64,000 nucleotides of DNA. It comes from Mobula hypostoma (Eukaryota). A program made the translations under genes and the position numbers. Each line of letters starts with the position of its first letter. Position 1 is the first letter of the stretch. The notes under the pieces were generated by a model. That model was not told where the DNA came from and searched no databases. It worked only from the letters and a program-made list of their open reading frames with translations. Shown here piece after piece: positions 26,934 to 38,594 of this stretch. The stretch covers positions 185,506,001-185,570,000 of the forward strand of contig NC_086097.1 of the NCBI RefSeq assembly GCF_963921235.1, read 5' to 3'.

Positions 26934-27951
26934 CAGTGAGAGGTTTATAGGTTTCATTCCTTATGAAGTTTGTTGCTATTGAGTACACTGTCATTATGCA
27001 ATACCAACCAAAATATGAACATTTGTTGAAGAGAAAGGGCAGGAAAAAATGAAAATGATGAACTGTTTCCCCTGCACACTCGAAGTATTTTGTAGGACAT
27101 TTAGAAAATCTGTTTTTTTTATTTTCTTTTAAAGATGTGCCTCTTGTGGAGAATTTTTGCCTGGATGTAATTTAAACCAATCACCAGAGGGTGAGATCTC
27201 AAGAACATGTGCAATAAAAACAAGATTTTTCAACAATTGAAGGCATAAACTTATCTGAATTATCTCTGCTGTCTCTTTCTCTTAGGTGCTAGTTTTCATT
27301 TTTCTGTTTTGAATTACAGGTTTATAATAATGCCTCAGATACATTCCGGACTAGCTCAACTTGCATGGCCAAGGTATCATTCAGCACACCTTCCAACACA
27401 CAGTAACTCAGTCATAGATTTACAGAACACAGAAGCAAGTCCTATCTCCTGCCATGTTCATACCGACCCAAACATACTAATCCTGTTTTTGAGCCTGTAG
27501 TATTCTGTTGCTTGGTGATTCAGTTGCTCACCATGATACTTCTTAAATATTGTAAGAACCCTGCCTCAACCACTCCTCAGGCAATACATTACAGATTCCA
27601 ACCACTTCACCTTACTTCAAACCTAAGCCCTCTGCTTTTATGTACTTCTGCCACGGGGAAATGCTTCATTCTATCTACCCTTACTAGCATTTCATAATTT
27701 TACATACTTCAGTCAGGTCTCTCTCAGTCTTCTTTGCTCCAAGAAATCTAGCCTGTCCCATTATAATTGAAATGCTCTATCACAGGCAATATCCTGATAA
27801 ATCTTCTCTGCATTCTCTCCAGTAGAATTGTGTCTTTTTTAGAGTGTGGCAAACAGAACTGTACACAGCATTCCAGCTGTAGCAGAACTAATACTTAATA
27901 AAATTGTACAATAACTCTTTCTTCATACATTCTATGCCCATGTGTATCCTG

Positions 27952-29169
27952 CCCTTCTCACAATTCCATCCCCTTCTCGCAATTCCTCCGTCTCTGCCGC
28001 ATCTGCTCTCAGGATGAGGCTTTTCATTCCAGGACGAGGGAGATGTCCTTTTTTTAAAGAAAGGGGCTCCTCTTCCTCCACCATCAACTCTGCTCTCAAA
28101 CGCATCTCCCCCATTTCACGTACATCTGCTCTCACTCCATCCTCCCGCCACCCCACTAGGAATAGAGTTCCCCTGGTCCTCACCTACCACCCCACCAGCC
28201 TCCAGGTCCAACATATTATTCTCCGTAACTTCCGCCACCTCCAACGGGATCCCACCACGAAGCACATCTTTCTCTCTCTCCCCCCCCCCCCCACTTTCCG
28301 CAGGGATCGCTCCCTACACGACTCCCTTGTTCATTCGTCCCCCCCATCCCTCCCCACTGATCTCCCTCCTGGCACTTATTCTTGTAAGCGGAACCAGTGC
28401 TACACATGCCCCTACACTTCCTCCCTTACCACCATTCAGGGCCCCAGACAGTCCTTCCAGGTGAGGCGACACTTCACCTGTGAGTCGGCTGGGGTGATAT
28501 ACTGCATCCGGTGCTCCCGATGTGGACTTCTATATATTGGCAAGACCCGACGCAGACTGGGAGACCGCTTTGCTGAATACCTACGCTCTGTCCGCCAGAG
28601 AAAGCAGGATCTCCCAGTGGCCACACATTTTAATTCCACATCCCATTCCCATTCTGACATGTCTATCCACGGCCTCCTCTACTGTAAAGATGAAGCCACA
28701 CTCAGGTTGGAGGAACAACACCTTATATTCCGTCTGGGTAGCCTCCAACCTGATGGCGTGAACATCGACTTCTCTAACTTACGCTGATGCCCCACCTCCC
28801 CCTCGTACCCCATCCGTTATTTATTTTTATACACACATTCTTTCTCTCACTCTCCTTTTTCTCCCTCTGACTATACCCCTTGCCCATCCTCTGGGTTCCC
28901 CCCCCCCGTCTTTCTCCCTGGGCCTCCTGTCCCATGATCCTCTCATATCCCTTTTGCCAATCACCTGTCCAGCTCTTGGCTCCATCCCTCCCCCTCCTGT
29001 CTTCTCCTATCATTTTGGATCTCCTCCCCCCCCCCCCCACTTTCAAATCTCTTACTAACTCTTCCTTCAGTTAGTCCTGACGAAGGGTCTCGGCCTGAAA
29101 CGTCAACTGTACCTCTTCCTGGAGATGCTGCCTGGCCTGCTGCGTTCACCAGCAACTTTGATGTGCGTT
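27952..29169 (+). mobile_element. Young 5'-truncated Penelope-like element (RT thumb, GIY-YIG endonuclease, pseudo-LTR)
   Basis: Open frame to 28787 contains GVIYCIRCSRCGLLYIGKTRRRLGDRF...RLEEQHLIFRLGSLQPDGVNID. Perfect 14-bp TSD ccatgtgtatcctg at 27938-27951 and 29170-29183. Sits inside an old CR1-like fragment. Confidence 0.93.
29073..29108 (+). ncRNA. Minimal type I hammerhead ribozyme motif in PLE pseudo-LTR
   Basis: agtc-CTGACGA-agggtctcggcct-GAAA-cGTC-aact. Conserved core, short helix II and palindromic ACGT helix III. Helix I has a mismatch in this copy. Confidence 0.7.
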
Positions 29170-31247
29170 CCATGTGTATCCTGTGTCTCTTCCTCACCAT
29201 TTTATTAACATATGCTACCAACTTCAGAAATCTTCTGACATGTGTCGAGGTCCCCCTAAACCTTAATATCTTCTTGTTCCTCATATACAGTGCATATTCT
29301 AGCCTTATTAGACCTACCAAAATGCATAACTTATCAGGATTAAATTAAATTTGCCACTGCTGTGCCCATTTTACCAATTATAGGAAATTATGGGACCAAG
29401 GATATTAGAGGCCGAACACTACCCTCCTCAATGTCAACACCACCACCAATTTCTTTGTCTCCTATGATCTCACTAATCATTAAAATTGTTAACATATACA
29501 ATGAACAATAAGAATCCGGGCACTTATCTCTGTGGTACAACACTGGTTATATCATCATTCTCTACATCCTACTGAATCAATTTTGGATCCAATCTGTCAA
29601 TTTTGCCTGGTCTCCATGGATTCTAACCAGTCTCTCATATGAAACATTGTCAACAGCCCACAGGAGTCTGACAACAGTATGGCATTCTATGTGATCTTTT
29701 CAAGCAAAATAAGCCTTTTAAATCATTTCCAAAGGTTAAAAGTTTTTAAAATTGCATTTAAATTTCCAATTAAACAAAAATTTAATGACTAAAAAACCTC
29801 GGGAAGTCTGAAGTAAAAAGAGAAAATGCAAGAAATCTGCCTTAGGATTAGGAAAATTTCACAATTCATCAAAGAAGGATCAAGGTGTTGACATGGAAAG
29901 CAGATAGGGGAGTAATCTAGCAAGAACCACAAAGTAGATCGTAAAAACATCTATAGACATTTGGAAAGGAACAGACGGGCTAAGATTAACACAGGTTTCT
30001 TACAAACAGAAGAAAAAATATACGGGGGATAGAAGAAATGGTGCAGAGGTTAAACAAGTATTTTGTGTTTGTCTTCACAAATGAAGACACAGAAATCAGA
30101 CACAGGAATTATTGAATAGAGAACTTAAAGAAATAAACATAGCTTTATAGAATAGAAAATGACATCTGGACTCAGTGATTGTTTAAATTAATTGCAAATC
30201 ATATTAACAACACAAAATACCCATCTCAGCAGTTGTAACCTGATTTTGTCATTTTATTTTTAGCATTAAAATCTCTATAATTTTTATTGATTATTTTAGA
30301 TAATATCTTACACATAACAGAAAGAAAATACCTACTTAAAAACTATGATTAAATTCAACAGTTAATCTTCACTTTTTATTACCGAATATACCAAAAACAA
30401 ATAAATTAGTCAGCAACAGCAAAGAGAAAAGACTTATGATGTTTTCGGTTTTGAACTATTCATCACAAAAGATAATATGCTTGTTTTTAATTTTCAAATT
30501 TGCTGTGTTCTTCCAATAATTTATTTTTATTCTTATTTTTAGATTTTGCATTTTCCTAACCTTATGGAGACAATCACCTTATTTCACTCGCACAGCTGTG
30601 TAATAATTTATTTATTTTGATAGAAAATTTCTTGTGTGGGTGAAAAATTGTATCAGATGCATTAATACAGCAAGTATTTCTGATTCTATGCTGCAACTCT
30701 AATACAGTACTGCAACAGAATTGCATTGTGCCATCCTTCAGATTCAAGAAGACATTATTAAAGTTTTGAGAAATGGCCTCTGAACAACAGCTTATCATTA
30801 TCCAGTCAACGAATACCACTAAACATTGATCAATTTTTCATCATTGTAAAGGTTTCTGTGCAAAGTGGCATGTGTAGCTGGCTATCTATTTTTCAGTCTT
30901 CATTGAAAGATGAAATGATTTGAGAAAGTTGAGGGATGTGGTTGGTTACTCTATAAATATGGTATAGATTTAGCTGTACTCTAACTCTTACTAGGTACAA
31001 ATAAAGGAGAGATAATAAAAGTTAATCTGCAAAAAGCAGAATATATTATTTTAATTTTATGAAGTACAAAGCTAAATTCTAAATAGTTGACTAATGTCAT
31101 TGCATCTGTGAGGACCTGTTGGGGAGCCCTGAGTGTTCACTACCTGGCAGTAATCTGGTAGTGCAGGTTAAATGCCATTTCAGTGAGATTGTGTGGAATA
31201 AAGCTGAAAAGTAACCCAGCACATCCGAATAACATAGAAATAATTAC

Positions 31248-31349
31248 CTGGAGAGTTAAAACTTCATTTTGTTGTATTGATGAAACGAGATTTTTTTCCA
31301 ACAATGGATTCTGCTCAAAGTAGAATTCTTCCAATTTCAGCTCCATAAG
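31248..31349 (-). CDS. LRRC69: LRRC69-like coding exon (102 bp)
   Basis: ttctttttaattatgaag|CTT...CTC CAG|gtaatt. Translates LMELKLEEFYFEQNPLLEKNLVSSIQQNEVLTLQ (last LRR plus NP cap). The acceptor is a weaker AAG. Confidence 0.88.
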
Positions 31350-32600
31350 CTTCATAATTAAAAAGAACAAAATAAAAATAGTTTACTGTTATTAATATAA
31401 AAGAGAATCGAATAAGCAGCAAATGAAACATTTGAGTCATTCAAAATATCTCACAAATTATTTATATTTCTTCCCCCTCCCCCACCAGTATCTGAACTGT
31501 TTATTATTTTTTTTTAAACGGGGAGATCTACCCCTGAATTGGAGGATTTTTGTAATAAGATTCATATTTGTACACTGAATTGGAATTGAACAGGAAATTG
31601 GAATACCAAAGAGAAATCCAAGGCTCTATATGGGTTCAAGCGGAGATAGACTGAAACACTATTGTATTCTACAAGTCTTGCAAAAATGCAGCCATTGCCT
31701 GAAGCAGGTGGAGGAGGAGCAGGAAGAGGAAGAGGAGAAAGATGACAATCAAGGCAGATGATGAAGTGAGGTGGAGGAAAAGCAGGAAGAGGAAATAGAA
31801 GAAAGGAAAGAAGATGAAGAAAGGAAGAGCAACAAGTAAAATCAAGACTGGAGGTGAAACAGAGAGACCCATTCTAATGTGTTGAAAAAGTGCAGTGAAT
31901 TGCCCTTCAATTCAATTGAATCAATTCAAGATCATCATGTGCCAGAGAATGTGGTAGCCTATGTCAGCTGCATGATGAATTGGGAAAAATTCCAATATGA
32001 GCTGATGTGTTAAATTATATTTACATCATACAAGTGTTTCATCACCTGACAATTTCTCCTTGACATTCAGTGGCAACAGCAGCACCAGCCTTTTCATTAT
32101 TAACATCCTGAGTCATCAGTGAACAGAAAGTTTTGAGGATAAGCACTTAATTACTACAGTTTCATCAGCAGGAAAGAAGCTTGGCATTCTAGACCCTGTT
32201 TCATCCTACCATAATAAAAAAAGGGTTACTTTATACTTATACTTTATACTTTGTCACCAAACAAATGATACTAGAACATACAATCATCACAGCAATATTT
32301 GATTCTGCGCTTCCCGCTCCCTGGATTACAAATCGATAGTAAATATTAAAAATTTAAATTATAAATCATAAATAGAAAATAGAAAAATAGAAAGTAAGAT
32401 AGTGCAAAAAAACCGAGAGGCAGGTTCGGATATTTGGAGGGTACGGCCCAGATCCAGGTCAGGATCCGTTCAGCAGTCTTATCACAGTTGGAAAGAAGCT
32501 GTTTCCAAATCTGGCCGTACAAGTCTGGTCGTACTGAAGTCATGTATCAGTAACTTTGTGTAAGTTGCAGAAAGAATACAGTACCTCACAAATTACATAA

Positions 32601-33400
32601 ACCACCATTCAGGGCCCCAGACAGTCCTTCCAGGCGAGGCGACACTTCACCAGTGAGTTGGCTGGGGTGATATACTGTGTCTCGTGCTCCCAATGCGGCG
32701 TTCTATATATTGGCGAGACCTGACACAGGCTGGGAGACCGTTTCGCTGAACACCTACACTCTGGCCACTAGAGGAAAGCAGGATCTCCCAGTGGCCACAC
32801 ATTTTAATTCCAAGTCCCATTCCCATTCTGATATGTCTATCCACGGCCTCCTCTACTGTCAAGATGAAGCCACACTCAGGTTGGAGGAACAACATCTTTA
32901 TTTTCCGGCTGAGTAGCCTCCAACCTGATGACATGAATATTGACTTCTCTAACTTCTGTTAATGCCCCACCTCCGCTTCGTACCCCATCCGTTATTTATT
33001 TATTTATTATTATGTTTTTTTCTTTCTCTCTCGTTTTCCTCCCTCTGTCCCTCTCACTATACTCCGTGCCCATCCTTTGGGCTTCCCCTCTCCCGCTTTC
33101 TTTCTCCCTGGGCCTCCCATCCCATGATCCTCTCATATCCCTTTTGCCAATCAACTTTCCAGCTCTTAACTCCATCCCTCCCCCTCCTGTCTTCTCCTAT
33201 CATTTTGGATCTCCACCTCCCCCCCCCCCCACTTTCAAATCTCTTGCTATCTCTTCTTTCAGTTAGTCCAGACGAAGGGTCTCGGCCCGAAACATCGACT
33301 GTACCTCTTCCTATAGATGCTGCCTGGCCTGCTGCATTCACCAGCATTTTTTTTATGTGTGTTGTTTGAAATTCCAGCATCTGCAGATTTCCTCGTGTTT
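32601..33400 (+). mobile_element. Penelope-like element 3' fragment (GIY-YIG + pseudo-LTR)
   Basis: Highly similar to 28428-29169 but frameshifted. Flanked by a ttacataa direct repeat. The hammerhead core is mutated (CAGACGA). Confidence 0.9.
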
Positions 33401-34102
33401 ACATAACCAAACCCTTGTCAGCCACTATCTGTTGCCGAATTTGCAGTTCCCTATTTGCCACCTCAGAACCTACAAAAATGGAGTGGAGGCAAATTTTTAA
33501 GTACTGCCTACAAAGAGGAGGAAAGACATAAGATGTTAAGATAGTGAAGAAGAATCAACATGGTTTTCTGAAATGAAAATCATGTCTGACAAACTTGCAA
33601 GAGTTCTTTGACAATGTATTCTAACAAACTGGGTGGATAAAGGGGAACCAGTAGAAGTGTTCTTTCTGAATTTCCAGAAAACATTCAACAAGGGGTCAGT
33701 TAGAGAGTTACAAAACAAAGGCAAACAGTGTTGTGGGTAACATGTTGGCATGGACAGAAAGACAAAGAATCAGGATCAACAGAGCCATTTTCAGGTTGTT
33801 AACTAGTGAGGTGTTATAGATAAGTAGGTATTGTGAGATTATGTAAATTGATGCATTTTGGAAGGAAGAAAGGAAAAATACATTATTTAAATAAACTGAT
33901 ACTGCAAAATGCTACATGCAAATTAATCTTGGAGTCCTGGTACATAAACACTAATGTAGACATGTAAGCACAAAAAATTATTAGGAGGGCTCATGCTGCA
34001 TACTGTTTTAGAAACATAGAAAACCTACAGCACAATACAGGCCCTTCGGCCCACAAAGCTGTGCCGAACATGTCCTTACCTTAGAAATTACCTAGGGTTA
34101 CC

Positions 34103-34760
34103 CAACACTCACAACACGCTGGAGGAACTCAGCAGGTCGGACAGCATCCGCGGAAACGATCAGTCAACGTTTCGGGCCAGAACCCTTCGTCAGGACTGTA
34201 GGGGGAAGGGGCAGAGGCCCTATAAAGGAGGTGGGGAGAGGGTGGGAAGGAGAAGGCTGGTAGGTTCCAGGTGAAAAACCAGTAAGGGGAAAGATAAAGG
34301 GGTGGGGGAGGGGAAGCAGGGAGGTGATAGGCAGGAAAGGTGAAGAAGGAATAGGGGAAAGCACAATGGGTAGTAGAAGGAGACAGAACAGTGAGGGAGG
34401 TGATAGGCAGCTGGGGGAGGGGGCAGAGTGACATAGGGATAGGGGAAGGGAGGTGGAGGGAATTACCAGAAGTTGGAGAATTCAGTGTTCATACCAAGGG
34501 GCTGGAGACTACCTAGACGGTATATGAGGTGTTGCTCCTCCAACCTGAGTTTGGCCTCACCATGGCAGTAGAGGAGACCATGTATGGACATATCCGAATG
34601 GGAATGTGAAGCAGAGTTGAAGTGAGTGGCAACCAGGAGATCCTGTCTGTTGTGGCGAAAAGAGCGGAGGTGCTCGACGAAGCGGTCCCCCAATCTGCGT
34701 CAGGTTTCACCAATGTAGAGGAGGCCGCATCGGGAGCACCGGAATGCAATAGATAACCCC
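34103..34760 (-). mobile_element. Penelope-like element 3' fragment, second subfamily
   Basis: ORF 34463..34693 reads GDRFVEH...VATHFNS...LRLEEQHLIYRLGSLQPLGMN. The pseudo-LTR differs from the 27952 family. Confidence 0.88.
34161..34198 (-). ncRNA. Minimal type I hammerhead ribozyme motif in PLE pseudo-LTR
   Basis: Minus strand reads cagtc-CTGACGA-agggttctggccc-GAAA-cGTT-gactg. 5-bp helix I (cagtc/gactg), ggg/ccc helix II and palindromic AACGTT helix III. Confidence 0.72.
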
Positions 34761-35334
34761 AAAGAACTGTTGTGAGTCATTTATTGCATTCGGTGCTCCT
34801 GTATGTATGCATACCTGACTGCCTTTCTCCCACATTCTTCTTGACACATTGTTTCCAACCAGTATTTCTCAAATTTGTTTTCCCAAAGCTGGTGGAAAAA
34901 TGTTTGAGATTGTGATGAAGTAGCTGCATCATTATCAGTACCAAAAATCTGAGCTCACATGCTGACAGGTAATTGCAAGGGTGCCAGCAAAACATCAGTG
35001 ATGGATTAAAAATACTGTCATCCAATGAGAGAATAGCCAATTCTACAGAGCTACAGGGAGGTGCCATGGTAATATCAAATTCTGTCAGGGGAAATGGCAG
35101 GATATCCTCAAAGCCTTCTTGAACACAGGGACCCAGAATTAGACTGGTAGTAATTAAGATGGCTTGGTGGATGTTTGTGCTTCTACTGCAGATATAATTA
35201 GCAAAACTAGTGGAGAAACTGAACTTGGAAGTAGTAGCAGAGAGTATGGAAAGGGATTTGAGCAAGTAAATTGAATGAAAGAAATGGCAAACAGAGAATG
35301 TTGTGTACCAACGTTGTGAACAAAATTATGTACC

Positions 35335-37270
35335 AAAGTTCAAAGTGATCCAAGTACATATATGTCACCATTAACAACCTTGAGATTCACTATCTTACGG
35401 GCATACTCAATAAATCCACAGAATAATAACCACAACAGAATCAATTAAAGACCACACCCACTTGGATGTTCAACCAGTGTGCAAAAGACCAGCAGTGCAA
35501 ATGCAAAAGAAAATAATAATTAATAAATAAATAAGCAAATATTGAAAACATGAGATGAACAGTCCTTGAAAGTGAGTTCATAAGTTGTGGGAGCATTCCA
35601 ATGATGGGGCGAGTGAACTTGAGTGAAGATACCTCCTCTGGTTCAAGAGCTGGATGGTTGAGAGGTAATGTTCCTGAACCTGGTGGTGCAAGTCCTGAGG
35701 CTCCTGTATCTTCTTCCTAATGACATCAGTGAGAAGAGAGCATGACCTGGGTGGTGGGGATCCCTGATGATGGATGCTGCTTTCCTACAACAGCGTTTTG
35801 TGTAGATGTGCTCAATGGTGGGGAGAGCTTTACCTGTGATGGACTGGGCTATATTCACTACATTTCATAGGATTTTCTGTTCAAGCCGATTGGTGTTTCC
35901 ATACCAGGCTGTGATTCCGACAGTCAATATACTCTCAACTACACACCTATTGATGTTTCTCAAAGTTGGAGTTGTCATGCCAATTCCTCACAAACTCCTA
36001 ACTAGAAGCACTGCCATGCTTTCTTCATAATTGTACTTACATACTAGGCCCAAGGCAGGTCCACCTAGTTACACCGAGGAATTTAAAGTTACTGACCCTC
36101 TCCACCTCTGACCCTTCAATGAGACCTTTGGTTTCCTTCTCCTGAAGTCAATAACCAGCTCCTTGGCCTTGCTGACATTGAGTAAGAGGTTGTTGTTACA
36201 ACACCACTCAGCCAGATTTTCAATCTCCCTCCTACATGATGATTCATCACCACTGTTGATTTGGCCTATGTCAGTGATGATGTCAACAAACTTGAATATA
36301 GCATTGGAGCTGCGTTTAACCACACAGTCACAAGTGTAAAGCGAGTAGAGCAGGGGATAAAGCACATCTGCACTGACTGGCATCTGCAAGTGAGGAAATC
36401 CAGGATCCAATTGTACAACGAGCTATTGAGGACAAGGTTATGGAGCTTATTGATTAGTTTTGAGATGATGATGGTGTTGAATGCTGAGCTGTAGTCGATA
36501 AAGAGCATCCTGATGTATGCATTTTTGTTGTCTAGATGTTTCAGGGTTGAGTGAAGAGCCAGTGAGATGTATCTGCTGTGGATCTGTTGCTCCGGTAGGC
36601 AAATTGGGGCGGATCCAAGATGCTTCTCAGGCAAGAGTTGATATGTTTCAACAACCTCTCAAAACACTTCATCACTGTGGATGTAGGTGCTAGAGCACAT
36701 TAGTGATTGAAGCAGGCCACCATGTTCTTCCTAAGCACTGGTATAATTGAAGCCTGCTTGAAATAGGTGGGTACCTCAGTCTGCTGAAGCGAGTGGTTAA
36801 AGATGTCCGTGAACACTCCAGCCAGTTGATCAGCACAGGTCTTTAGTACTTGGCCAGGTACCCCCATCTGGGCCAGATGCTTTCATGGGTTCACCCTCCT
36901 GAAGGCTGCTCGCACATCAGCCTCAGAGACTAAAATCACAGGATCATTATAAGCTGTGGGAGTTCATGCTGGGTCCTCCATGTTTTTATGGTCAAACTGA
37001 GCATACGAGGCATTGAGCTCATCTAGAAGTGAAGCCCTGCTGTCACCTATGTCTCCTGACTTAACTTTATAACAGGTGATAGTATTCAAGCCCTGCCATA
37101 ACTGTCAAGCATCCTTCATTCAGGTTTCATCCAGAATTGACATTTCACCTACGAAGTGGTTCTCTGGAGATTGGACCTGAACCTCGTAACTTTCTTGGTC
37201 ATCGGACTTGAATGCCACTGATCTGGCCCTCAGTAGGTTACAAATTCATGTTTCATCTGGGGCTTCTGTT
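35335..37270 (-). mobile_element. Degenerate Rex1/Babar-like non-LTR element
   Basis: ORFs 36266..36634 ([17 protein letters not shown]), 36069..36410 ([11 protein letters not shown]...WCCNNNLLLNVSKAKELVIDFRR) and 35643..35858 (IIRDPHHPGHALFSL). Confidence 0.82.
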
Positions 37271-38594
37271 TGATGAAGTTTCTAAATGATTTACAGCAGT
37301 ATAAAAACTATGTATTCAAATGATTAAAAAACAGCATAAGTTAGTCTGTTGGAAGGTTGAAGTACGAGGAGGTCTTGCAGAGATTGTGCAGTACCATTGT
37401 GAAACACATTTTGAGTACTACAGGCAGTTCTGGTCTCTATGCCTAAAGAAAAGAATATTTGGCTTATTGTAGTTGCAAGACAAATTAATTGCTTCCTAGA
37501 ATGACGAAGCTGCCCTATGAAGAACTGCACTGAGCAAGTTTGGTCTAAACTGATTAGAGGAGATCCTGCTGATTGGAAGAATCAGGTGATCCTGATGAGA
37601 CAAAAGATGTTGAGTCAATTTGGAAAGGAAGATGCCCAGGGACAGATTAGTCAAAGATTCTAGCCTTGAGGATAAAGTTTCATGTCAATAAAAAGATTTA
37701 AAAAGAAAAAGAGGATAAAGGTTCATGTCAACCACATAGAAGTTAGATAAGGAGAAATTTCTTTACACAGATTGTAACTGGGTTTGAACTCCCATGCATG
37801 TTCCTTCATATTTTACACAGGCTTTCAGGTAGACCTATAAATGCCAAGAGTCTTTTTGTGTATGTCACACTTCAGTTGTACGAAATCCTATCAAAACATT
37901 TATCTGAGTTCTCAGAAGCTGGCTTACAATGTTCTTATTCCACTCTGTCTGGCTAGCCATCACTCATGCCTTATTATTTACCACAAACAGATTTCATTTT
38001 TAAATTACCATCTACAGTACACATAATATCGGAACTAGTGGCATCTTCTTCTTCATCACTTTATGACCTCGGATTAGTGTGGGTGGATTTCTTGGCTAGG
38101 TGAAAGCAGAAATTTATAAGGCTACAGTTATTGTGTGGGGAAGAGGGCAATAAGAGATGCACAATTAACCAATCTGCATTTTACCAATCCAGTCAAAAGA
38201 TATTGTGGATGAGTGAGAAGTGGGATTTGAGGATGATTAGATATGTGAATATTATCACTTGCAATAATCTCTGCACTGCTGCAAGCGAAACTAGTGAGCT
38301 AGATTGATTTGTCAGTAAAACTAGAATAAATAGTAGCTACCTAGAAATAGGACATTAAACTGTCAAATAATACAAAACAGCTCATCCCGCACAAAACAAC
38401 AGCCAACAAATCATTGCATGGCAGCTACCTCTCCCGTCTGCTGAGACAATGGATATGGAATTGACTGTTACTGCTTCCAGCAATTGTGCATCCCTTTATC
38501 TTGCAAGAGAACAATAAATGTACTGGTGGTGATAAGTATATTGCAATTATCTATGCCTCATTATTTCCATTGCAGAATAACTGGTACTGTGTAT

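Noticed and set aside
31665..31865. GA-rich acidic tract, possibly the C-terminus of a decayed Harbinger transposase
   Set aside because: The resemblance rests on a few residues next to low-complexity sequence and needs frameshifts. It is not supportable without a profile search.
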